NCBI GenBank assembly: GCA_041649475.1
Contig: JBAZNA010000001.1
Location: forward strand, 264,612 to 328,611
DNA length: 64,000 nt
DNA from: Patescibacteria group bacterium
GTDB lineage: Bacteria > Patescibacteriota > Patescibacteriia > Magasanikbacterales > GWA2-37-8
Direction: 5' to 3'
Under the pieces are notes generated by a model that saw only the letters and a list, made by a program, of their open reading frames with translations, was not told the DNA's origin and did no database searches. Positions 19,798 through 30,018 of this stretch are shown one piece after another. Every line of letters starts with the position of its first letter. The stretch's first letter is position 1. Position numbers and translations under genes: made by a program.

Positions 19798-20985
19798 ATG
19801 GGATTTTCAGACAAATTACGCGGTTTTTTCGGTAGTTCAAATCCGGATGCAAGCTCTTCTAAAGGACCCGAAAAGGTAAAAAATCGGGCAGATTTTAAAG
19901 TTGAAAAAACCGGAGAATTTGGCATAGAGTCGCTAGAAACCAATCCCGAACTGGAGCTTTCTCTTGATGTCTCTAAGCCCATATCCAAAGGAAAAGAACA
20001 GGCAGGATGGAGAAATCAAGATCGGGTAAAATCAGATGGCCGGGTAACGGTGTTGTGTGACGGCTTGGGTTCATCAGAGGCCGGTGATGCGGCGGCTGAA
20101 GCCGCTTCCAATAAAATTGCCGAACATTTGAATATGGGGGTGGAAGACAGAAAAAAAGAGCCGGTGATGGGGCGTAAATTATCGGTTTTAAGAGCAATGA
20201 GAATGGCCGATGCTTTGCGGGCCGGTGATGCGGCGGTGGCGCTAAGCAATGCTGTGGAAAATCAAAAATCAAAGACAACTGCCGTTGCTTTTGAAGTGGT
20301 TGTTGACGTTGAGGAAGACGGGACAAAAAATTCAAAATTAATTGTCGGCAGTGTCGGCGATAGCCGGGTGAGTATATTTAGAAAAGGGGAAGGGCTGAAA
20401 CAAATTACCGAAGATGATTCCTATCTCAAAGCTTTATTTGCGGCGCTGCATATTAAAGTTGATATGAACGATAAAGCGATTCAGCATAAAATATTACGTG
20501 AATTTTTAAAAGAAAGTGGAGTACAGATCGGGCAGGCCTTAGATGCGGAATTAAACAAAGCGTGGTCCACCCAAAAGGTTGGCGGGAAAGATGTTCCTTT
20601 GACGGTTGGTGAATCAACAATTGGAAAAGCCAGAACAGGGATTATGGGCAAAGCGTTAGAGGGTACAGGGCATCAGCCCAGCGTTAAGGTGGTTGATTTG
20701 CGCGAAGGAGATATTATTTTAGGATATACCGATGGTTTATCTGACGGTGCTGAAAATAATGAAATCGCGCAAGTGTTGGAAGCGAACAGCGATAAAAGTT
20801 CCGATGAAATTGCGCAACTACTTCTGAAATTAGGCCTGCGTAAACAAGCGGAGGGCGCCAGCAAAAACGATGATGTCAGTATTGAAGTCGTAAAATATCA
20901 AGGCCTAAGCCAAAAGGTGGAAGAACTCTCCGATGAGGATTTAATTGAAGAATTAGACGATAAAGATTTGGAAGAAGTCGCCTAA
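19798..20985 (+). CDS. PP2C/PPM-family protein phosphatase with N- and C-terminal extensions
   Basis: RNQD, LCDGLG, VGDSR, TDGLSD, NDDVS motifs; promoter TTGATT-17-TATAAT. Confidence 0.82.
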   Translation: MGFSDKLRGFFGSSNPDASSSKGPEKVKNRADFKVEKTGEFGIESLETNPELELSLDVSKPISKGKEQAGWRNQDRVKSDGRVTVLCDGLGSSEAGDAAAEAASNKIAEHLNMGVEDRKKEPVMGRKLSVLRAMRMADALRAGDAAVALSNAVENQKSKTTAVAFEVVVDVEEDGTKNSKLIVGSVGDSRVSIFRKGEGLKQITEDDSYLKALFAALHIKVDMNDKAIQHKILREFLKESGVQIGQALDAELNKAWSTQKVGGKDVPLTVGESTIGKARTGIMGKALEGTGHQPSVKVVDLREGDIILGYTDGLSDGAENNEIAQVLEANSDKSSDEIAQLLLKLGLRKQAEGASKNDDVSIEVVKYQGLSQKVEELSDEDLIEELDDKDLEEVA

Positions 20986-21029
20986 CCTTGACTAAAAAAA
21001 CCGTTTAGTATATAATGCTTTCATAATTT

Positions 21030-21120
21030 AATCACTCATTCAGCAAACTTTTTCCTCCCTTGAGCCGCTGTCCGCGGACTTCCGGGGTAAGCTGAAGAGG
21101 AAGTAATAAGGAAAATATCT
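21030..21120 (+). promoter_or_regulatory. Structured rpsB 5' leader (probable S2 autoregulatory element)
   Basis: Promoter TTGACT-17-TATAAT at 20988-21016; TTCAGC/GCTGAA and TTCCTC/GAGGAA pairings; GGGGT motif; position upstream of rpsB-tsf. Confidence 0.6.
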
Positions 21121-21921
21121 ATGGCTAAAATGCCAACATTATTGGAAATGCTGAAGGCCGGAGTTCACTTCGGTCATCAGAAATCACGCTGGCACCCGAA
21201 AATGAAAGATAATATTTTCGGCGTGAGAAACGGCGTACATATAATCAATCTGGAAAAAACCCAGGAGGAGCTGGAAAAAGCTCTGGAATATGTAAAAACT
21301 CTGGCAAGCAAGGGCCAGGTTATTTTATTTGTAGGCACTAAGAGGCAGGCCCGTGAAATAATCAAGCAGGCGGCGGAAAGCTGCGGTATGCCATATTTGG
21401 TGGAGCGTTGGATTGGCGGACTCTTAACCAACTTTGATGAGGTTAAGCGCAGATTAAAAAAATATAATAATCTGAAAGAGCAATTTGCGACCGGTGAAAT
21501 TGAACGCTATACCAAAAAAGAGCAGGTTAATTTGAAAAAACAATTGGAAAAAATGGATAAATATTTGATCGGTTTGGCTAAAATGGAAAAAATGCCGGAT
21601 GCCCTATACATTGCCGACATGCGTACCGAAAAAACTGCTTTGGCTGAAACCCAGAGGACTGAAGTGCCGGTGGTGGCGGTTTGTGACACCAATACTGATC
21701 CGACCAAAGTCAATTATGCTATTCCGGCCAATGACGATGCCGTGAATTCCATTAAGATGATTGCTGATGCGATTGCCGAAGCCGTTAACGAAGGCAAAAC
21801 CAAGTGGGATAAAGATAAAGCCGAACGGACTGCCGCGGCCGTGAAAGAAAAAGAAGAAAAGAAAACTACAGAACCGGCCAAAAAAGAAAGACGGGCGCTT
21901 AAAAAAGAAGAAGCAGTTTAA
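21121..21921 (+). CDS. rpsB: 30S ribosomal protein S2
   Basis: AGVHFGH, FVGTK, RWIGGLLTN, DTNTDP, PANDD. Confidence 0.98.
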   Translation: MAKMPTLLEMLKAGVHFGHQKSRWHPKMKDNIFGVRNGVHIINLEKTQEELEKALEYVKTLASKGQVILFVGTKRQAREIIKQAAESCGMPYLVERWIGGLLTNFDEVKRRLKKYNNLKEQFATGEIERYTKKEQVNLKKQLEKMDKYLIGLAKMEKMPDALYIADMRTEKTALAETQRTEVPVVAVCDTNTDPTKVNYAIPANDDAVNSIKMIADAIAEAVNEGKTKWDKDKAERTAAAVKEKEEKKTTEPAKKERRALKKEEAV

Positions 21922-21948
21922 AATTATAAATTATAACGACTAAGGAGT

Positions 21949-22815
21949 ATGACAAACATTACCGCCACAGATGTGGCAAAACTTCGTTCACAAACCGGCG
22001 CCGGGATGATGGATTGTAAGAAAGCTCTTGAGGAAGCGGGCGGTGATATGGATGTGGCCGCTGATATCCTGCGAAAAAAAGGTATTACCAAAGCCGCCAA
22101 AAGAGCGGACAAAGTGGCGTCTGAAGGTTTGGTATATGGTTTAAGCACCGGAAAGGTTGGTGCTTTGGTTGAGGTTAACAGCGAAACGGATTTTGTGGCC
22201 AATGGAGAAGATTTTATAAATTTCACTAAAGCAGTTACCCAAGCAGTGGTTGATAACAATGTAAACAGTGTTGAAGCGCTTTCTGCTGTAAAACTTCCGT
22301 CAGGCCAGACCGTTTCTGAAACTCTTAACGCTCTGACCTTAAAATTGGGAGAAAAAATGAATATCCGCCGAATCGCCAGATTTGAAGGCGATTTGATTTC
22401 GGTTTATCTGCATGGCACCAAAATCGGGGTGATGGTTGAGCTATCCGGCGGAGATGTGGCTTTAGGATCTGAAATCGCCATGCATATTGCCGCTGCCAAC
22501 CCAAAATACTTAACCAGAAGCGAAGTGCCAACTGAAGTGCTTGATAAAGAAAAAGAAATCTATGCTGAACAACTGCGTCAGCAAGGCAAGCCGGATAATA
22601 TCATTGAAAACATCCTGAAAGGTAAAATGGACAAGTTTTACGGTGAAATTTGTCTGCCGGAACAGCCGTTTATCAAAGATGAAGAAAAGACAATTCAAAA
22701 ATTATTAACTGAAAAAGGCGCAAAGGTTAAAAAATTTGTGCGTTATGAATTAGGCGAGGGGATTGAAAAAATTGCGAAGAATTTTGCTGATGAAGTGGCG
22801 GAGCAGATGGGATAA
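21949..22815 (+). CDS. tsf: Elongation factor Ts
   Basis: LRSQTGAGMMDCKKAL, ETDFVA, AMHIAA. Confidence 0.98.
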   Translation: MTNITATDVAKLRSQTGAGMMDCKKALEEAGGDMDVAADILRKKGITKAAKRADKVASEGLVYGLSTGKVGALVEVNSETDFVANGEDFINFTKAVTQAVVDNNVNSVEALSAVKLPSGQTVSETLNALTLKLGEKMNIRRIARFEGDLISVYLHGTKIGVMVELSGGDVALGSEIAMHIAAANPKYLTRSEVPTEVLDKEKEIYAEQLRQQGKPDNIIENILKGKMDKFYGEICLPEQPFIKDEEKTIQKLLTEKGAKVKKFVRYELGEGIEKIAKNFADEVAEQMG

Positions 22816-22825
22816 ACCAAAAAAG

Positions 22826-22858
22826 TTATCCACAGGGCCTTACCGGCCCTGTTTTTTT
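22826..22858 (+). terminator. Terminator after tsf with overlapping perfect DnaA box
   Basis: TTATCCACA 22826-22834; ACAGGGCC-TTACC-GGCCCTGT followed by T tract. Confidence 0.65.
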
Positions 22859-22934
22859 GTGCTATAATACTGGCGTCGACTCCGCCAAGGAGTAAAAGTT
22901 TTTTAAAATTTTAATAATTTAATAAAATAAACTT

Positions 22935-24614
22935 ATGAGAATATCATGGTTAAAAAATTTAATACCTGCTTTTTTGTTGGTGGGTGTTTTAGGTTTTTTA
23001 TTTTTTCTAATCAACGGTGCTGTTGCGGCTCCAGTTGCTCCCAGAAGTCCAACCTCAACTGTCGTGTCAGCACAGTCCATTTCTCTTACTTGGAGTACAA
23101 CCACTGCCGATAGTGGACAATATTGGGTTCTACGCAGAGCCACGTCTTCGGTAGGAGTGGGTGGTATAACACACGTAGCCACTTCTTCTACAAGCACAGT
23201 TAGCTATACATTTACGGGATTAGCCACTAACACTTTATATTTTTTAGCCGTAGCTTCCGGTGATACTACAGCCGCCACTTCATCTTACGCCACTTCCAGC
23301 GCGGTTTACACCTGGGCCGCTACCCCGGGCACTCCCACAGTAACCTCTTCGGCTGCTACCTCTTTAACCATTACTATTAATCCGACGAGCAACCCCACAA
23401 CCGCTTCCACTACCTATGTGGTGCATGATGCGGTAGCTCATAAATTTTTACAGGCTGACTCTTCCTGGGGCACGGCCACTACTACTCTTACCTATACTCA
23501 ACTCGGCGGAGCATCAGGCACCACCACCGCTGCCACTGCCAATGCTCACTACACCATCAGTGTAGCGGCGGTCAATGGTGACAGTTCGGCTACCACCAGC
23601 TATAGCACCGCGGCCAGTACATACGTAGTTGTCAGTACTCCCTCATCAGCGGCTGTGACTGCGGCTGCTAATGGCTTTACCTTTTCCTGGACCGGCGATT
23701 CTGGTTCTGAATTTTATGCCGAAGATGAAACCGGCGCTACCAATAGCGGCTGGACCACAGATACGTCTTATGTGGTTAGCGGTGTAAACTGCGGCACTGC
23801 TCACACCTTCAGAGTCAAAGCCAGAAACAGCGATACCACCGAATCCGGCTGGTCTTCTGAAGTTAGCGCTACAACCAACGCTTGTGGTGGCGGTGTTGTA
23901 ACTGGCGGCGGCGGAGGCAGTGGATCTTCAAGCAATATAGCAATACCAAATGTTCCGGTTTCCAATCTAGCTGCGGCTCAAGCCGCGGCCACAGCCGCCG
24001 GCTGTCCGGCTCTTTCTGCCGGTGACATGGTTAAGGTAACCGGCAAAGCAGCCATCTACTCCATAAACAGCAATCTCCAGGTTCTCTATTTCCCTTCTGG
24101 AGATGAATTCAAGAGTTGGAATGTTGACAACAGCTATGGCGGCTACAAATCAGTCAGCCAAACCTGTTTTGATGCCCTGTCTGTCCCGTCAAGCTATCCG
24201 GGCGCTGTCAATTACCGCCCTGGCTCATATATCGTCAAGAGACCGTCTTCTGACCAGTTATACGTGGTAGAACCGGGCAATGCTCTGGCTACAATCAGCG
24301 TTGCTGACGCCAAAGCCCTCTATGGCGACAGCTACAAGGTAATGACTGTAGCTGATCCGTTCTGGCCGCATTACATCAATCGCGGTTCGGCTATCTCCGG
24401 CGCTGCCCATCAAGGCATGTTAATCAGCAAAGACACTAAAACCTGGTATGTTGATGCCGGCAATGTCCTGCGTGAAGTGACTGCTAACGGCATGACTGCC
24501 AATAGATTCAAGACCAACTTTGTCCATACCGTTGCTGATTCGTATTTGACCGGGTTTACGACTGGGTCGCTCATAAATGATGTCCTATCATCTCTAAGCG
24601 ATAGAACCCAATAA
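22935..24614 (+). CDS. Ser/Thr-rich surface protein with FN3-like repeats, Gly linker and C-terminal domain
   Basis: Signal/TM N-terminus; TWS..TGLATNTLYF and FSW..GTAHTFRVKARN FN3-like motifs; GGGGGSGSSS linker. Confidence 0.75.
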   Translation: MRISWLKNLIPAFLLVGVLGFLFFLINGAVAAPVAPRSPTSTVVSAQSISLTWSTTTADSGQYWVLRRATSSVGVGGITHVATSSTSTVSYTFTGLATNTLYFLAVASGDTTAATSSYATSSAVYTWAATPGTPTVTSSAATSLTITINPTSNPTTASTTYVVHDAVAHKFLQADSSWGTATTTLTYTQLGGASGTTTAATANAHYTISVAAVNGDSSATTSYSTAASTYVVVSTPSSAAVTAAANGFTFSWTGDSGSEFYAEDETGATNSGWTTDTSYVVSGVNCGTAHTFRVKARNSDTTESGWSSEVSATTNACGGGVVTGGGGGSGSSSNIAIPNVPVSNLAAAQAAATAAGCPALSAGDMVKVTGKAAIYSINSNLQVLYFPSGDEFKSWNVDNSYGGYKSVSQTCFDALSVPSSYPGAVNYRPGSYIVKRPSSDQLYVVEPGNALATISVADAKALYGDSYKVMTVADPFWPHYINRGSAISGAAHQGMLISKDTKTWYVDAGNVLREVTANGMTANRFKTNFVHTVADSYLTGFTTGSLINDVLSSLSDRTQ

Positions 24615-24706
24615 AATCAAGACAAACAATTACACCCAGCCATTGCGCTGGGTGTTTTTGTCTGCTATAATTTCCTTAGGAATTTAAGATTAATCTTCTA
24701 TAATTT

Positions 24707-25015
24707 ATGGACAAAAAATTACTCGGCCGTTCGTTTATTCACGCCCTATTGGCATTTGCCTATATTTTTTGCATTGGTCTGTTCTTTAATCATGCCGAAC
24801 AAATTTTTCCCAGAGAACCGGATATATTGATACCGGTGGTCATGTTATTACTCTTCGTATTATCGGCTGCAATCATGGGTATCCTGATTTTTGGCAAACC
24901 CGTCATGATGTATTTGGATAATCAAAAAAAGGATGCACTGAAACTTCTGGGTTACACGGTTGGTTGGATAGCTTTTTTCCTTTTAGCCGTAATTATATTT
25001 GTTTTCTTATTTTAA
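24707..25015 (+). CDS. Hypothetical 3-TM membrane protein
   Basis: Three hydrophobic segments; promoter TGCTATAAT upstream; 15 nt from gap. Confidence 0.7.
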   Translation: MDKKLLGRSFIHALLAFAYIFCIGLFFNHAEQIFPREPDILIPVVMLLLFVLSAAIMGILIFGKPVMMYLDNQKKDALKLLGYTVGWIAFFLLAVIIFVFLF

Positions 25016-25030
25016 TAAATATTCAGTTTT

Positions 25031-26026
25031 ATGAATCTCGCCATCAACGGTTTCGGCCGTATCGGCCGGCAGGCGTTTAAGGTCGCCATTTTGAAAAAAG
25101 GCATCAAAATTGTCGCCATCAACGATTTAACGGACACAAAGACACTGGCGCATCTTTTAAAATATGACACGGCTTATGGTCATTATGATTTGCCGGTCAG
25201 TTTTGATGAGAAAAATTTAATTGTCAAAGGCCAAAAAATTCCGGTGTTGGCGGAAAAAGATCCAACGCAGTTGCCATGGGCAAAAATGAAAGTGGATGTG
25301 GTTTTGGAATGCACAGGCCGGTTTACCAAAAAAGAAGACGCGGAAATGCATATAAAAGCGGGCGCTAAAAAGGTTATTTTAAGCGCGCCGGCCAAGGGCG
25401 GCGGCGTGCCCACTTATGTGCGCGGAGTAAACTGTGCAAAAGTTGGCAAGGAAGCGGCTAAAGTTATTAATAACGCATCCTGTACCACCAATTGCATTGC
25501 GCCGGTGATGGCGGTTTTGCAGGAAACTTTTGGAATTGAAAAGGCGTTTATGAGCACCGTGCACGGTTATACCGCTGACCAGAATTTGCAGGACGGACCG
25601 CACAAAGATTTGCGCCGGGCGCGGGCAGCTGCGGAAAACATCGTGCCGACCACTACAGGCGCAGCCAAAGCCGTAGGCGAGGCCATGCCAACAGTGCAGG
25701 GGATTTTTGACGGGCTGGCTTTTCGCGTGCCAGTTCCGACCTGTTCTTTGTCAGATATTACCGCGGTCTTAAAAAAGAAAGTGACTAAAGAAGAAATAAA
25801 TAAGGCCCTGATTGAGGCCTCCAAAACTGAAAGATTTGCCGGAATTTTAACAACCACCGTTGAGGAGTTGGTTTCTTCAGATTTTGTGGGCAATACCCAT
25901 TCTTCAATTATTGATTTGGGTCTGACCAATGTGGTTGGCGGAAATTTGGTGAAAGTCGTGGCTTGGTATGATAATGAGGCGGGCTATGCGAACCGGTTGG
26001 TGGAAATGGCGGAGTTGTACGCGTAA
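25031..26026 (+). CDS. gap: Glyceraldehyde-3-phosphate dehydrogenase type I
   Basis: INGFGRIGR, NASCTTNC, WYDNE. Confidence 0.98.
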   Translation: MNLAINGFGRIGRQAFKVAILKKGIKIVAINDLTDTKTLAHLLKYDTAYGHYDLPVSFDEKNLIVKGQKIPVLAEKDPTQLPWAKMKVDVVLECTGRFTKKEDAEMHIKAGAKKVILSAPAKGGGVPTYVRGVNCAKVGKEAAKVINNASCTTNCIAPVMAVLQETFGIEKAFMSTVHGYTADQNLQDGPHKDLRRARAAAENIVPTTTGAAKAVGEAMPTVQGIFDGLAFRVPVPTCSLSDITAVLKKKVTKEEINKALIEASKTERFAGILTTTVEELVSSDFVGNTHSSIIDLGLTNVVGGNLVKVVAWYDNEAGYANRLVEMAELYA

Positions 26027-26035
26027 TTTATAAAT

Positions 26036-27427
26036 ATGAGAATTTTATCAACCGAAACAGTAAAAAAAGTTGGTGAGGAGGTTTTACTATGTGGATGGAT
26101 CAATGCCCGGAGAAACATGGGCAAGATTGTGTTTTTTGATTTGCGCGACCGGAGTGGAATCGTGCAAGTGGTTTGTGTGCCGAGTGAGTTGGATGAGAAA
26201 TCTTTAGAAGACGTGAAAAAAGCGCGAATGGAATATTGTATTGAGATAAAAGGCGTGGTGCAGGAGAGGGGAGAAAAACAAAAAAATCCTGATCTGACCA
26301 CAGGAAACGTAGAGGTGCTGGCTAAGTCGGTTTCTGTTTTAAATGAATCAGAGGCGATGCCATTTGATGTCAGCGCCGACACGAAAGAAGTAAACGAAGA
26401 TCTGCGCATGAAATATCGCTATTTGGATATCAGATCAGAAAGGATGCAGAAAAATTTGCGTTTGCGCGACAAGGTGACAACCTTCTTCAGAAAATACATG
26501 CATGACAACGATTTTGTTGAAGTTGAGACACCTATTCTGATGAAAGGCACACCGGAGGGCTCAAGAGAGTATGTTGTGCCTTCAAGATTACATACTGGAA
26601 AATTTTATGTCCTGCCTCAATCTCCGCAACAATTTAAACAATTGTTAATGGTGGGTGGAATGGAGAGATACTTTCAGATTGCCAGATGTTTTAGGGATGA
26701 AGACCAGCGCGGTGACCGTCAGCCGGAATTTACGCAATTGGATTTTGAAATGTCATTTGTTACCCAGGAAGACATCTTAAAATATACCGAAGCCATGTTT
26801 ATTGAAATGATAAAAAGTGTTACGCCGGAAAAACACATTTCCAAGACGCCATTTCCGCGCTTAACTTATAAGGAATCAATGGATAAATACGGCAGTGATA
26901 AGCCGGATTTAAGAAAAGATAAGAACGATCCAAATGAATTGGCCTTCTGTTGGATTCTGGACTTTCCGATGTTTGAAAAAGATGAAGAAGGGAACATTCA
27001 GGCAATGCACCATCCTTTTTGTTCGGTGAAAGAAGAAGATAAAAAATTATTGGACAAAGATCCAATGAAGGTTCGGGCTGATTCTTATGATTTGGTTTTA
27101 AACGGTTATGAACTTTCAAGCGGCAGTATCAGGATTCATCAGAGAGAATTACAGAAGAAGATTTTTGACATTCTAAAAATCAGTGAAGAGGAACAAAAAA
27201 AGCGTTTTGGGCATATGCTTGAGGCCTTTACCTTTGGCGCGCCTCCGCATGGCGGATTTGCGCCGGGGATTGACAGAATTGTCATGCTTTTAACCAATGA
27301 ACCCAATATCCGCGAAGTTATTGCTTTCCCGAAAACCGGGGATGCCAGAGATCTGATGATGGACGCGCCGTCCGAACTGCCGGAAAAGGCCCTGAAGGAA
27401 GCGCATATAAAAATTGATAAGAAATAG
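26036..27427 (+). CDS. aspS: Aspartyl-tRNA synthetase (short form lacking GAD insertion)
   Basis: LPQSPQQFKQLLM, CFRDED, DRQPEFTQ, PPHGG.A.GIDR, FPKT. Confidence 0.95.
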   Translation: MRILSTETVKKVGEEVLLCGWINARRNMGKIVFFDLRDRSGIVQVVCVPSELDEKSLEDVKKARMEYCIEIKGVVQERGEKQKNPDLTTGNVEVLAKSVSVLNESEAMPFDVSADTKEVNEDLRMKYRYLDIRSERMQKNLRLRDKVTTFFRKYMHDNDFVEVETPILMKGTPEGSREYVVPSRLHTGKFYVLPQSPQQFKQLLMVGGMERYFQIARCFRDEDQRGDRQPEFTQLDFEMSFVTQEDILKYTEAMFIEMIKSVTPEKHISKTPFPRLTYKESMDKYGSDKPDLRKDKNDPNELAFCWILDFPMFEKDEEGNIQAMHHPFCSVKEEDKKLLDKDPMKVRADSYDLVLNGYELSSGSIRIHQRELQKKIFDILKISEEEQKKRFGHMLEAFTFGAPPHGGFAPGIDRIVMLLTNEPNIREVIAFPKTGDARDLMMDAPSELPEKALKEAHIKIDKK

Positions 27428-27428
27428 T

Positions 27429-27716
27429 ATGGTCTTTTCTTCCCTCCAGCAACACGTAATCAAAATATGTTATGGCAGGGACAAGGTTGACCGAAAAATT
27501 TTTGCTGATTTTTACGGGGGGAAAAACATTAAAGAAACGGCGCGGACAAAAATAATCACGAAGAGTTTGGAACGATTGATTGATAAGGGTTTGCTGGTGG
27601 GCTACGGCGTGCGCACACCGAAAAAATGGTTTATCAAGGAAGTACGCGTCACCAAACAGGGCAAAAAAATTTGGGAAAAGTGGCTAAACAGAAAACAAAG
27701 AAAATTAGCGGTTTAA
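27429..27716 (+). CDS. Small basic hypothetical protein (possible winged helix)
   Basis: ITKSLERLIDKGLL helix plus wing-like strands; TAGTATG coupling to aspS; just upstream of scpAB. Confidence 0.6.
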   Translation: MVFSSLQQHVIKICYGRDKVDRKIFADFYGGKNIKETARTKIITKSLERLIDKGLLVGYGVRTPKKWFIKEVRVTKQGKKIWEKWLNRKQRKLAV

Positions 27717-27730
27717 ATGTGGTCTAAATT

Positions 27731-28423
27731 ATGCCGGATTTTAAGCTGGAAAAGTTTGAAGGTCCGTTGGACTTTTTGCTTCAGCTCCTGGATGAACAAA
27801 AATTAAATATTTCGGAAATCGCTCTTTCACAGGTGACAGAGCAATTTTTTTCTTATCTGGATAAACTTGAAGAAAACCGATCCGAAGAATTGGCGGATTT
27901 TTTGGTGATTGCCGCCCGCCTTATTTACACCAAGTCCCACCACCTGTTAAATTATTTGTATCCGGAAGAAGAGGAATCCGGCCCCAGTTTGGCGGATCAG
28001 CTCAAGATGTACAAAAAATATATTGAAGCCAGCAAAGATATTAACAGATTATGGTCAGCTGGCAGAATTGCTTATGGCCGCATTGAACCGCCAATTAAGA
28101 TAAAGGAATTTGTTTTGCCGATAAACACGCAGTTAACCAATTTGCATTCGGCCATGACGGCTTTGGTGAGTCGTCTAAAGCCGCTTCAACCTTTGCCACA
28201 GGTGACTATAGATCACACGATCTCAATTAAACAAAAAATAGACAGCATCAGGGAATTGCTCCGAAATACCAAGCAATTTAATTTCAGCGAGATGCTTGCC
28301 GGAGCAAAAAACAAGACGGAAATCATCGCCAATTTTTTGGCCATACTGGAACTGATAAAAGATAAGTTTGTTTTCATAAAACAAGATCAGGCCTTTGCTG
28401 ATTTAATAATCAAAAAAGTGTAG
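27731..28423 (+). CDS. scpA: Segregation/condensation protein A
   Basis: FEGPLDFLL, FLVIAARLI, FLAILEL, Q..F. Confidence 0.93.
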   Translation: MPDFKLEKFEGPLDFLLQLLDEQKLNISEIALSQVTEQFFSYLDKLEENRSEELADFLVIAARLIYTKSHHLLNYLYPEEEESGPSLADQLKMYKKYIEASKDINRLWSAGRIAYGRIEPPIKIKEFVLPINTQLTNLHSAMTALVSRLKPLQPLPQVTIDHTISIKQKIDSIRELLRNTKQFNFSEMLAGAKNKTEIIANFLAILELIKDKFVFIKQDQAFADLIIKKV

Positions 28424-28424
28424 T

Positions 28425-28958
28425 ATGTCTATTTTATCAAAATTGGAATCAATTTTATTTGTGGCGTCAAAACCTCTGGCTCTGAAAAAAATCGCCGCGG
28501 TTTTAGGCGCGAATGAATCGGAAGTAAGTTCGGCGATTGACCAGTTGCGTTTGAAATACAATAATCAAAATTCAGGGATCATTATAATGCAAAACGGCCA
28601 GGAAGTGCAAATGATGGCCAGTCCGGATAATCGTGAAGTCGCCGAGAATTTTATGAAATCCGAAGTGTCAGGTGAGCTTACCCGTCCGCAACTGGAAACT
28701 TTAACCGTTATCTCTTATTGCGGACCGATAACCAAGCCGGAGCTTGAACAAATCAGGGGCGTAAATTGCGGACTTATTTTGCGGAATCTGATGTTGCGGG
28801 GGCTGATAAAAGAAGCCGATAGCGGCTTGAATTTACTGCCGACCTATGAAGCGACGATGGATTATTTAAAGCACTTGGGAATAACCAGCTTAACAGAATT
28901 GCCGGACTATGATAAGCTCCATAATCATCCGTATTTGACGAATGAAGCGATATGTTAG
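28425..28958 (+). CDS. scpB: Segregation/condensation protein B
   Basis: LESILFV, LETLTVISY..PITK.ELEQIRGVN, LTELP. Confidence 0.94.
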   Translation: MSILSKLESILFVASKPLALKKIAAVLGANESEVSSAIDQLRLKYNNQNSGIIIMQNGQEVQMMASPDNREVAENFMKSEVSGELTRPQLETLTVISYCGPITKPELEQIRGVNCGLILRNLMLRGLIKEADSGLNLLPTYEATMDYLKHLGITSLTELPDYDKLHNHPYLTNEAIC

Positions 28959-29965
28959 AGAAAATACCGGAACCATTTTTTTCTTTTGGAATCATGGTGT
29001 TGGGGATTCTTATTTTGTTTTTGAGCCCGATCTCTTTAACCGTTGGGAAGAGTTATTCTTTTATTCCTTTTCCGGGCAGCGCGCAGAGGGCCAGCGCCGG
29101 AACAAATATAGTTATGGAGAATTTTCCGGCCAGCCGGCCGGCCGTGCCCATACAGAAAGATAAACTCGGTTTTGCCGGATCAAGTACCGCCGCTTCGGCC
29201 ATTGTGGTTGATACCGGCACCAAGACCATTTTGTTTGATAAAAATAAAGACGAGGTCAGGCCGCTGGCCAGCATCTCCAAACTCATGAGCGCGATGGTTT
29301 TATTGGATTTGCCGATCAACTGGAATGTTTCCACGACAAAAATAACCGACGCGGATTATGACGGCAGTGATCACAATGTTAATGTGGGCGAGGAGTACAC
29401 ATTAAATGATTTGTGGCACGTGGCCTTAATCGGTTCTTCAAATACGGCGATCAGGGCTTTAGTGCGCGCCGTTGGGTTTACTACCGATGAGTTCGCGCAA
29501 AAAATGAATGCCAAAGCCAAAGAATTGCGGCTTTTTTCCGCTCATTTTGTTGAGCCCACCGGGCTTTCCAGTCAGAATGTGGCCAATGCTTACGATACGG
29601 CAAAATTATTAATTGATGCCTTGAAGTTTGATAAAATTTATACCACGGTTCAGATCGGACATTATGAGGCCCATCCGTTAAACGGCCAGCCAAAGAAAAT
29701 CTGGACCACTGATTGGCTGCTCACCAATTGGGTGCCGAATGATTTCAAGATGGAAGACATCGCCGGCAAAACAGGATATATTACCGATTCCGGTTATAAT
29801 TTTGCCGTGAATTTAACCAGCAAAAAAAACCATACTATTACGGTTGTGGTGCTTGGTACTGCTTCCAATGAACAGCGGTTCAGCGAGGCCCGCGATTTGG
29901 CCGAATGGACATTCAGCAATTTTGTTTGGCCGGAAGATGATGGGTATAAAACTCCGGCGCAATAG
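28952..29965 (+). CDS. D-alanyl-D-alanine carboxy/endopeptidase (peptidase S11)
   Basis: SxxK (ASISK), SxN (SSN), KTG. Confidence 0.9.
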   Translation: MLEKIPEPFFSFGIMVLGILILFLSPISLTVGKSYSFIPFPGSAQRASAGTNIVMENFPASRPAVPIQKDKLGFAGSSTAASAIVVDTGTKTILFDKNKDEVRPLASISKLMSAMVLLDLPINWNVSTTKITDADYDGSDHNVNVGEEYTLNDLWHVALIGSSNTAIRALVRAVGFTTDEFAQKMNAKAKELRLFSAHFVEPTGLSSQNVANAYDTAKLLIDALKFDKIYTTVQIGHYEAHPLNGQPKKIWTTDWLLTNWVPNDFKMEDIAGKTGYITDSGYNFAVNLTSKKNHTITVVVLGTASNEQRFSEARDLAEWTFSNFVWPEDDGYKTPAQ

Positions 29966-30018
29966 AACTTCTTCTATTTTTGTGGTATACTAAACATCGG
30001 CAACTCTTGCCGATTATT

